The notes beneath the pieces were generated by a model. It was not told the DNA's origin. It saw only the letters and a program-made list of their open reading frames with translations, and did no database searches. A DNA stretch of 60,489 nt from Nitrospirota bacterium (lineage in GTDB: Bacteria; Nitrospirota; UBA9217), in contig JAXIPA010000053.1 in the NCBI GenBank assembly GCA_045403145.1, positions 1-60,489 of the forward strand, in the 5' to 3' direction. A program made the position numbers and the translations under genes. Below are positions 53,475 to 60,489 of the stretch, one piece after another; the stretch's first letter is position 1; every line of letters begins with the position of its first letter.

Positions 53475-53607
53475 GATGGTTTCGTAAAAAGTCGTCATTC
53501 CCGCTTGCCGGGAATCGTCACGCTTTACAGCGTACTGAAAAGAAACGATTCCGGACAAGCCGGAATGACGTCAAACGCGGATTATTCGCCTTTTTTACCG
53601 CGTCATC
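53475..53607 (+). mobile_element. MITE-like element, short form (133 bp), copy 5
   Basis: GATGGTTTCGTAAAAAG ... CTTTTTTACCGCGTCATC. The second hairpin is the uninterrupted CGATTCCGGACAAGCCGGAATGAC. Confidence 0.7.
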
Positions 53608-53643
53608 AACTTTTCATGCTTATCGAATTTGACAAGGAGTTAC

Positions 53644-55707
53644 ATGGCTGATTCAGTATTCGTCAAACCCGGCATGTCGCCGAAGGAGATCGTCACCGCG
53701 GTCCGTTCGCTGAAAGGCGTCTGTCTCACCTCCGTCGGGATGCGGGACGCGGGGCAGTCGGATTTCAAGAACCGCCACCGCATCTACGACCTGAAGACCC
53801 TCGCACCCTTCTATAATGGAATGGGCCTGTTTTCCGCCGAGACGCACGGCGGCGCGCGGTGGCACGTGGGCATCATGAACCGGAGGGAAAGCCCCTTCGA
53901 GGAGGTGGCCCTGCTGCGGGAGCTGATGCCGAACGTACTGCAGCAGACGCTCATCCGGGAGACGAACCTGTGGGGCTACCGTCCCTACCCGAAGAATGTC
54001 ATCGAACATGCGGTGTCAAAGGTTGACATCGACGTCTGGCGCTGTTTTTCCTTCCTGAACGATGTGCGGAACATGCGCGCAGTGGCTGAAACGGTCATGA
54101 AGCGGGGCAGGCTGTTCGAGCCGACCATTTCCTTTACGGTGGCGGACTGGGCCACGAACGAGTACTACCTCGGCGTTGTCCGGGAGATCGTGGACCTCTG
54201 CGGCGGGACCGACGAGATCGTCCTGTGCATCAAGGACATGGCGGGAGTCGGCGATGTGTCCCGGATCGGCAACCTTATCGACGCGATCAAGCAGAAATAT
54301 CCCGGCCTCGTGCTGAACTATCACCGGCATATCACGGACGGGCTCGCGGTGCCGGCGTTTCTCTCCGCGGCAAAGGCCGGGGCCTCGATCTTCGACGTTG
54401 AGGAAGACTCGCTCGTCCGGTTTTACGGCCACTCGCCGATACTGGCGGTCCAGGCCATTTTCGAGGAGTCCGGCATCCCCGTGCATCTGAACCGGCCTGA
54501 GGCGGAGGCGGCCGTACGCAAGGTACGGGAGTGGATCGGCCACTATGAATGGGCCGAGTCTCCGTTTAAAGGGCTGGACCACACGGTTACGCTGCACCGG
54601 ATGCCGGGAGGCGCGTTCCCGAGTTCCTTTGAGCAGGCCGACAAAGGCGAGTTCCTGCACCTGATGCCCGCGATCCTGACGGTGATGTCGCTCTTCAACC
54701 GGATCGTGAGATACTTCGACGTCACGCCCGGCTCCCAGATCACCTGGGTCACCTGCAGCGGCATCGTAAACCGCTATGCGAAGGAGCAGGGCAACGCGGG
54801 GGTCCGGCAGGTCATCAATCTCCTTTCGAAGTTTGTCCTGGGCAAGGCCCAGAAATTCGACGCCATGGAGAAAGCCGAGCAGGAGGAGCTGCTTCTCCTT
54901 TTCCGGAGCGCGCCCGGCGACTTCAAGAACCTTCTGCTCGGCAATTACGGCAGGCTCCCCGTGGGATGGCCCGCCGAATGGGTCTACCGCAGCACGTTCG
55001 GTGAGGAGTGGGAGAGCAGGATCAAAGAGCGTAAAGAGGTTTCTCCGCTCGAATCAATGCCGGCGGACGATCTTGAAAAAATCCGGAAGGAGCTCGAGGA
55101 AAACACCGGCCGGGCCGTCACGGAGGAAGAGTTCATCCTCTACCTCATGCATCCCAAGGACGCCCTGGAATTCATCGAGTTCCGCGCCAAGTTCGGCGAG
55201 GCGCCGCTCGTGCTGCCCACCGATGTCTGGAGAAAAGGTCTGACTAAACCGGGCGACCGGGTGGACTTCGAACACTGGGGCAAACCCTATTCCATCGAGC
55301 TCGTGTCCGTGGGCGCGGAGCACGAAGGCGTCGTTCACGTGGTCATGCGGGTCAACAACAAGACGCGGGTCTACTCCGTCATGACGCCGAGGGCCAAAAA
55401 GGCCGAAATCAGGATGGCCAAGGGCCCGAACATGATCGGCGCACCGATCAACGGGAATATCTGGAGGATCGGCAATCCCGCGCGTGGACCGGTCAAGCCC
55501 GGCGACATCGTTCATAAGGGAGAGGAGATCGCGAACCTTGAGGCGATGAAGATGGAGAACGCGATCCTTGCTCCCGTGGACGGCCAGATCGTCGAGGTCT
55601 GCGTCAGGCTCAACGAGACTGTCCAGGAAGGACAGCTCCTTTTCGTCATCGAAAAGGCGCCGGCAAAGCCGGAAGCAAACGGGGCTCCGGGAAGCATCGT
55701 CATGTAA
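53644..55707 (+). CDS. carboxyltransferase + biotinyl-carrier subunit (PycB / OadA / CfiA-like), divergent
   Basis: Start at ATG 53644 after AAGGAG. Metal and active-site elements MRDAGQS, CIKDMAG, YHRHITDG. C-terminal biotinylation motif LEAMKMEN. Confidence 0.8.
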   Translation: MADSVFVKPGMSPKEIVTAVRSLKGVCLTSVGMRDAGQSDFKNRHRIYDLKTLAPFYNGMGLFSAETHGGARWHVGIMNRRESPFEEVALLRELMPNVLQQTLIRETNLWGYRPYPKNVIEHAVSKVDIDVWRCFSFLNDVRNMRAVAETVMKRGRLFEPTISFTVADWATNEYYLGVVREIVDLCGGTDEIVLCIKDMAGVGDVSRIGNLIDAIKQKYPGLVLNYHRHITDGLAVPAFLSAAKAGASIFDVEEDSLVRFYGHSPILAVQAIFEESGIPVHLNRPEAEAAVRKVREWIGHYEWAESPFKGLDHTVTLHRMPGGAFPSSFEQADKGEFLHLMPAILTVMSLFNRIVRYFDVTPGSQITWVTCSGIVNRYAKEQGNAGVRQVINLLSKFVLGKAQKFDAMEKAEQEELLLLFRSAPGDFKNLLLGNYGRLPVGWPAEWVYRSTFGEEWESRIKERKEVSPLESMPADDLEKIRKELEENTGRAVTEEEFILYLMHPKDALEFIEFRAKFGEAPLVLPTDVWRKGLTKPGDRVDFEHWGKPYSIELVSVGAEHEGVVHVVMRVNNKTRVYSVMTPRAKKAEIRMAKGPNMIGAPINGNIWRIGNPARGPVKPGDIVHKGEEIANLEAMKMENAILAPVDGQIVEVCVRLNETVQEGQLLFVIEKAPAKPEANGAPGSIVM

Positions 55708-55716
55708 TCCAGCAAG

Positions 55717-55748
55717 GGTCAGGGGCGCGGCCTGCCGCGTCCCTGACC
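55717..55748 (+). terminator. strong GC hairpin after the carboxyltransferase gene (no U-tract)
   Basis: GGTCAGGGGCGCGG CCTG CCGCGTCCCTGACC: 14-bp stem with one G-U pair. Confidence 0.35.
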
Positions 55749-55890
55749 GCAAAACTGCCGCGCCGGCCTGATAAACTCGCATTTTCCCCGCCATTTTCCC
55801 CAAACTGCTCTTTACTTTTTTCTGCCGATTGTGCATAATACTGTTCCATAACTTTTATCAACAATAGGGATGATCCTCAAAAGAGCATTT

Positions 55891-56011
55891 AACCACGGAT
55901 CAACACGGATGATTCAAAGTCTACTGACGGAAATAAAAGCACCAATGGGTGCGGCTCTCGTTCGGAATAAATTATTGATTTAAGGTCTTATCTGTGTTCA
56001 TCTGTGGTTCC
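55891..56011. repeat. Family E decamer-array inverted repeat
   Basis: AACCACGGATCAACACGGATGA (55891-55912) pairs with the reverse complement of TCTTATCTGTGTTCATCTGTGGTTC (55987-56011). Differences are mostly G/A, i.e. G-U compatible on one strand. Confidence 0.55.
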
Positions 56012-56082
56012 AACTGTCGTTTTTAGGATGAAGCGCCAACGGGCCCTGCAAGACCGGAGAGCAGGTTACAAGGAGAGTGTCC

Positions 56083-57870
56083 ATGAAGAACGGATCGAGA
56101 CATGCAAAGCTCAATGCCTGGGTGAAGGAGGTCGCGGACCTCTGCACGCCCGACGCAATCGCCTGGTGCGACGGGTCAAAAGACGAGTATGACCGCCTTA
56201 TGGCCTTGATGCAGAAGCCCGGCATGGCGATCCCGCTCAAGAAGCGTCCGAACAGCTTCCTTTTCCGCACGGACCCCAGCGACGTGGCGCGCGTGGAGGA
56301 CCGTACCTATATCAGCACGAAGAAGCAGGAGGATGCCGGTCCCACGAACAACTGGGAGAATTCGGACGAGCTCAAAAAGACGATGAAAGGGCTGTACCAG
56401 GGCTGCATGAAGGGCAGGACCATGTATGTCATCCCGTTCTCCATGGGTCCGGTCGGTTCGCCTATTGCAAAGATCGGCGTGGAGTTGACCGACAGCCCCT
56501 ATGTGGTCTGCAACATGCACATCATGACGCGCGTCGGGACTCAGGTCCAGGACGTGCTTGGCACGGACGGAGAGTTCATCCCCTGCCTGCACTCCATCGG
56601 CGCCCCGCTCGAAAAGGGACAGAAGGATGCAGCCTGGCCGTGCGCGCCGATCGAGAAGAAGTACATCAGCCACTTCACGGAGGAGAACCTGATCTGGTCC
56701 TACGGTTCGGGCTACGGCGGCAATGCCCTGCTCGGAAAGAAGTGCCTCGCGCTCCGCATCGCCTCGAACATGGCGAGGAAGGAAGGCTGGATGGCGGAGC
56801 ACATGCTGATCCTGCGGCTGACCAACCCGGAAGGCAAGCGCTATCACATCGCTGCCGCGTTCCCCTCGGCCTGCGGCAAGACGAACCTCGCCATGATGCT
56901 GCCGTCCGTCAAAGGCTGGAAGTGCGAGTGCATCGGCGACGATATCGCCTGGATGAAGGTCCGGGGCGACGGGAGGCTCCATGCCATCAACCCCGAGGCG
57001 GGCTTTTTCGGCGTTGCACCGGGCACGTCCTACGGAACGAACCCCATGGCCATGGACACGCTGAAAAAGGACATCATCTTCACGAACTGCGCGCTCACGG
57101 ACGACGGAGACGTGTGGTGGGAAGGCATGACTGACGATGCACCCTCGCATGTCATAGATTGGAAGGGCCGCGACTGGACGCCCTCGAGCAAGGAAGACGC
57201 GGCGCACGCGAATGCGCGCTTTACCGCGCCGGCTTCGCAGTGCCCGGTCATCTGCCCGGACTGGGAAAACCCCGAGGGCGTGCCGATCGATATTTTCATA
57301 TTCGGCGGCAGGAGGTCGAGCGTAGTGCCGCTCGTGACCGAGGCATTCTCCTGGGACCACGGCGTGTTCATGGGCGCTACCGCGGCGTCGGAGACCACGT
57401 CCGCGAACATCGGCGCAGTCGGCAATCTCCGGCGCGACCCCTTCGCCATGAAACCGTTTTGCGGCTACCACATGGGCGACTACTTCCATCACTGGTTCAA
57501 TATGGGGGACAAACTCGGCGCCAAGGCCCCGCGCATCTTTTACGCGAACTGGTTCAGAAAAAGTCCTGAAGGCCGGTTCCTGTGGCCGGGGTTCAGCGAC
57601 AACAGCCGCGTGCTTAAGTGGATGTGCGAACGGGTGGACGGGAAGATCGGCGCGAAAGAGACGCCCATCGGCCTGATGCCGAAGGACGGCGATCTGGACC
57701 TCGCCGGCCTCGACATCCCGTCGGGGAACATGAAGGCGCTCATGGACATCAGCCTTGCTGAATGGAAGGCAGAGATACCAGACATCGAGAAGCACTTCGC
57801 CCTCTTCGGAAACCGCTTGCCGGAGCGGCTCAGGAAGCAGCTTGAGGAGATGCGGAAGCGGTTGGGGTAA
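56083..57870 (+). CDS. pckG: GTP-dependent phosphoenolpyruvate carboxykinase
   Basis: ...[14 protein letters not shown] (kinase-1a P-loop), ...IGDDIAWM.... Start at ATG 56083, 7-8 nt after AGGAG. Confidence 0.9.
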   Translation: MKNGSRHAKLNAWVKEVADLCTPDAIAWCDGSKDEYDRLMALMQKPGMAIPLKKRPNSFLFRTDPSDVARVEDRTYISTKKQEDAGPTNNWENSDELKKTMKGLYQGCMKGRTMYVIPFSMGPVGSPIAKIGVELTDSPYVVCNMHIMTRVGTQVQDVLGTDGEFIPCLHSIGAPLEKGQKDAAWPCAPIEKKYISHFTEENLIWSYGSGYGGNALLGKKCLALRIASNMARKEGWMAEHMLILRLTNPEGKRYHIAAAFPSACGKTNLAMMLPSVKGWKCECIGDDIAWMKVRGDGRLHAINPEAGFFGVAPGTSYGTNPMAMDTLKKDIIFTNCALTDDGDVWWEGMTDDAPSHVIDWKGRDWTPSSKEDAAHANARFTAPASQCPVICPDWENPEGVPIDIFIFGGRRSSVVPLVTEAFSWDHGVFMGATAASETTSANIGAVGNLRRDPFAMKPFCGYHMGDYFHHWFNMGDKLGAKAPRIFYANWFRKSPEGRFLWPGFSDNSRVLKWMCERVDGKIGAKETPIGLMPKDGDLDLAGLDIPSGNMKALMDISLAEWKAEIPDIEKHFALFGNRLPERLRKQLEEMRKRLG

Positions 57871-57888
57871 AACCGCACCTCCCCCTGA

Positions 57889-57909
57889 CCCCTCCTTGCC
57901 AAGGAGGGG
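57889..57909 (+). terminator. hairpin after pckG (no U-tract)
   Basis: CCCCTCCTT GCC AAGGAGGGG. Confidence 0.3.
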
Positions 57910-57958
57910 GGAATTCCCAGTCCTCCCCTGTGACGAGCAGGCATGAAGGGATTTTTTA

Positions 57959-57988
57959 TTGCATCGGGTTAGAGCCTGCTGGTATTAT
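57959..57988 (+). promoter_or_regulatory. sigma70-like promoter of the kinase-like gene
   Basis: TTGCAT 57959-57964, 18-nt spacer, TATTAT 57983-57988. ATG 58008, with no SD in the short leader. Confidence 0.45.
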
Positions 57989-58007
57989 GATCCTGTAATC
58001 GATCATT

Positions 58008-59723
58008 ATGCGACAATCCGCCCAACATAAAGCCCTCGTGAACGTGCTGGGCGTGGTGTACCTCCACACCAAAACCGAGGACGGCGGAGACCTGTACCTC
58101 ACGCGGTTCGCCGAAGCCCACCAGGAACACCTCGACATCAGCAACTGGTACGAAGAAAACTGGTTCACCCAAAACCGGGTCCGCCTCCTGGGGACCAGCT
58201 CGGTGTACCGCGTGCCCACCAAGCCCGTGGGCGGCACGAGCCTCGATCTCGTGGTCAAGAACAGCCGCGTGGGCGAAGACGTGCCGCTCAACACCCATAC
58301 CCTTGAAGAGTTCGTCAGCGCCGAGTTCAACAGTCCCTGGGAGGAGTTCGCCCTGGTCATGGAGATGGCCGATAAACAGGTCGGTCAGCGGATCGCCTGG
58401 ATCCGGGCGCAGCGGCCCCTGGCCATCTACGTGCCGCCCCAGCGGATGCAGCTCTGGCAGAGCGGGCGGTCGCGCTCGCGGATCAACCGCATCCGCGCGC
58501 GCCATCCCGGAATCGATCTGGACATCCTGAAGCAGTACAAACTCGTCTACGAATGGATCCGCGGCAAGAACCTGAGCGAGATTTTCGAACCCATCAAGCT
58601 CGAACTCCCCGATATCGTCTATCACCTCCAGACCATGCAGAAGAGGGCCTTCGACGACCTGAACAGGAAAGGGTACCTGATGGCGGACATGAAGCCCGAG
58701 CACGTGATCCTCGACGAGGACGACTGCGAGCGCATTGAGCGGCTCGGGCAGAACGGGGACCCCGATGCGGCGCAAAAACAGGCGGACATGGTCTACCGCC
58801 TGCTCACCGTCGGGAAATATTCGATCATCGATTATGAACTGCTCTTCCGCACGCCGGAGCACGAGGACCAGGTCAAGGCGTCGAGACGGCACTCCTACCT
58901 CGACGACATGCGCGACCGCCTCGAGCCCACGCCGCTGCCGTCGTACCTGACCCGCACGGAGATTTTCGGCGTGCCGTACATCTTCGGCCGCGCCGAGAGC
59001 ACCGGCGGCCGCATGTGGGTCGTGGGCAGGAACGCGCACCTGTTCGATTATTTCCTTCCCGAGCGCTGGCGCAAGACCCCCTCCCTGAGCCTGTCCAATG
59101 ACAATGAGGTGTATTATACGGTCACCAAGGACAACATCCATCTCGTCTGGGAAACGTCCCGGGTGGGCGAGATCCCGGTCGACAGGAAATACAACGCTGC
59201 CGAGATCGAGAAGATCAGGCGCTACGGGATCAACAGCCCCTTCGAGGAGTTCGCCATTTCTCAGGCTTTAAACGAACAGGGTATCCATGCGGTGTATGTA
59301 AGGGCGATTTACACGACGGGTAGTTTTAAGGTTGAGGTGTCGGTCGATCCCAGGAAGTATCAGTCCCATAAGACGATCGTTGATATCGACGGCAATCCGG
59401 TCCTGGACGTACTGCATAACTACATAACGATCCGAGGCTACTACAACGGCCCCGATGAATGGGTGTCGCAGCAGGAAGGTGAGTTGCTCACGCCCGTTGA
59501 CCTGGTCAAGGCGGTCCGCAAAAAGATCATTGACGAATCGCAATGCGGGGTATTCCTGGCAAAAGTCATCGCGCGGCTCTGGGATGCCGGCTATGACGGG
59601 TCACTACTGAAACCCAACGATCTTCTTCTTGCAATCGATGCAAGGGGGGAAATCATGAAAGACCGCGCCAGCGAGCCGGACATTATCATCTGCAATTTCG
59701 AGGTCATCTGGAAGGTCGGCTGA
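58008..59723 (+). CDS. uncharacterised protein with tandem protein-kinase-like (RIO/Kdo-kinase-like) domains, second one degenerate
   Basis: Domain 1: FNSPWEEFALVMEM..., GYLMADMKPEHVIL (catalytic-loop-like), YSIIDYELL (DFG-like). Domain 2 repeats the pattern as INSPFEEFAISQAL..., GYDGSLLKPNDLLL, IIICNFEVI, with the acidic residues replaced. Confidence 0.65.
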   Translation: MRQSAQHKALVNVLGVVYLHTKTEDGGDLYLTRFAEAHQEHLDISNWYEENWFTQNRVRLLGTSSVYRVPTKPVGGTSLDLVVKNSRVGEDVPLNTHTLEEFVSAEFNSPWEEFALVMEMADKQVGQRIAWIRAQRPLAIYVPPQRMQLWQSGRSRSRINRIRARHPGIDLDILKQYKLVYEWIRGKNLSEIFEPIKLELPDIVYHLQTMQKRAFDDLNRKGYLMADMKPEHVILDEDDCERIERLGQNGDPDAAQKQADMVYRLLTVGKYSIIDYELLFRTPEHEDQVKASRRHSYLDDMRDRLEPTPLPSYLTRTEIFGVPYIFGRAESTGGRMWVVGRNAHLFDYFLPERWRKTPSLSLSNDNEVYYTVTKDNIHLVWETSRVGEIPVDRKYNAAEIEKIRRYGINSPFEEFAISQALNEQGIHAVYVRAIYTTGSFKVEVSVDPRKYQSHKTIVDIDGNPVLDVLHNYITIRGYYNGPDEWVSQQEGELLTPVDLVKAVRKKIIDESQCGVFLAKVIARLWDAGYDGSLLKPNDLLLAIDARGEIMKDRASEPDIIICNFEVIWKVG

Positions 59724-59800
59724 GCGTCGATTGTCTTGAGGGCACTCTTTATCCTGAAAATAACAGTTGGACTGCTGCTTCAACTATATAGGGGCAGGCT

Positions 59801-59915
59801 CCGATGAACGCAGATGAAACAAAAAATTTTGATTGAATCGCAACTCACCTGTTGGTGATCCTTTTTTGAAGTTCAAAACCAATTTTTTTCTTTTTTGATT
59901 TATCTGCGGTTATCC
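59801..59915. repeat. Family E-like array inverted repeat
   Basis: CCGATGAACGCAGATGAAAC (59801-59820) pairs with the reverse complement of GATTTATCTGCGGTTATCC (59897-59915). Abuts MITE copy 6. Confidence 0.45.
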
Positions 59916-59921
59916 AATTTT

Positions 59922-60053
59922 GATGGTTTCGTAAAAAGTCGTCATTCCCGCTTGTCGGGAATCGTAGTGCCGCATAACGCACTGAAAAAGAAGGATTCCG
60001 GACAAGCCGGAATGACACCTTAGAGGCTATTCTCAACTTTTTACGAGTTCATC
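59922..60053 (+). mobile_element. MITE-like element, short form (132 bp), copy 6
   Basis: GATGGTTTCGTAAAAAG ... CTTTTTACGAGTTCATC: the best-preserved TIR pair. GGATTCCGGACAAGCCGGAATGAC is uninterrupted. Confidence 0.75.
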
Positions 60054-60141
60054 AATTTTTTCTGCGTCCTAATTGCCTCTTTTTAAGTTTATAGTCCGCT
60101 ATTCGGAGCCGGGTAATCCCCCGGCTCTTTTGTTTGCGCGG

Positions 60142-60150
60142 TGCTACAAT
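60142..60150 (+). promoter_or_regulatory. extended -10 element placed 6 nt from ATG (leaderless geometry)
   Basis: TGCTACAAT 60142-60150, AAAATT, then ATG 60157. No SD. Confidence 0.4.
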
Positions 60151-60156
60151 AAAATT

Positions 60157-60489
60157 ATGAAGAACCAGCAGATCGCGCATATCTTCAACGAAATCGCCGA
60201 GTTTTTGGAGCTCAAGGGCGAAAACGTGTTTCGGATCCGCGCCTACCGGAGGGCCGCCCAGAACATGGACGGCCTGTCAAGGGACGTATCGGCGCTTTCT
60301 GAGGAGGAGCTCGAAGCGATTCCCGGCATCGGCAAGGACCTTGCCGCGAAAATCCACGAGTATCTGGAAACGGGAAAGATCGCCAAGCACGAGGAGCTGA
60401 AAGGAGTCATTCCCGAAGGAGTGCTGGATCTTTTGCGCATCCCGGGGCTCGGGCCGAAGAAGGCAAAGCTGTTCTACGACCGGCTCAAG
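60157..60489 (+). CDS. polX: family X DNA polymerase (PolX), N-terminal HhH/lyase region, 3' end off window
   Basis: Own translation: MKNQQIAHIFNEIAEFLELKGENVFRIRAYRRAAQNMDGL...IPGIGKDLAAKIHEYLETGKI...LLRIPGLGPKKAKLFY: typical PolX N-terminus. Confidence 0.8.
   Translation, partial: MKNQQIAHIFNEIAEFLELKGENVFRIRAYRRAAQNMDGLSRDVSALSEEELEAIPGIGKDLAAKIHEYLETGKIAKHEELKGVIPEGVLDLLRIPGLGPKKAKLFYDRLK

Overview
GC-rich chromosomal segment, apparently from an uncultivated anaerobe. A Desulfobacterota- or Nitrospirota-like origin is only a guess from gene content and repeat style. All product calls rest on motif recognition by eye; no database search was possible.

Coding content is mostly housekeeping:
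- a UvrA-family ATPase
- a multi-GAF histidine kinase, CheY and rlmD operon
- glgA and galT
- a pterin cluster (folE, folK, folB, an SDR and pterin carbinolamine dehydratase) facing a pabB-like gene
- a co-directional string of SMC-like ATPase, tmk, holB, PSP1/ricT, metG and a TatD-radical-SAM fusion
- purH and transaldolase
- a two-subunit pyruvate-carboxylase-like enzyme next to GTP-PEPCK
- a PolX fragment at the right edge

Accessory content:
- an intact higBA module inserted next to a decayed RHH/MazF module
- an intact mazEF-like cassette bracketed by 68-bp direct repeats
- a polyprenyl-phospho-arabinose-type cluster (UbiA/DprE1/DprE2 homologues) beside a TPR-bearing GT-C glycosyltransferase
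- an uncharacterised tandem kinase/pseudokinase-like protein

The strongest signal not explained by genes is a dense population of non-coding repeats:
- A nested, TIR-bounded MITE-like family has 6 full copies plus 3 core or truncated copies.
- At least four families of short tandem oligomer arrays are arranged as long inverted-repeat hairpins.
- Many arrays start within a few nucleotides of stop codons, and one sits in frame inside a coding sequence.

Other oddities:
- an in-frame TAG inside tmk
- a recurrent -10 box 6-7 nt upstream of ATG at five genes, suggesting leaderless mRNAs
- an approximately 800-bp ORF-free, hairpin-rich gap

No rRNA, tRNA or CRISPR array was seen.
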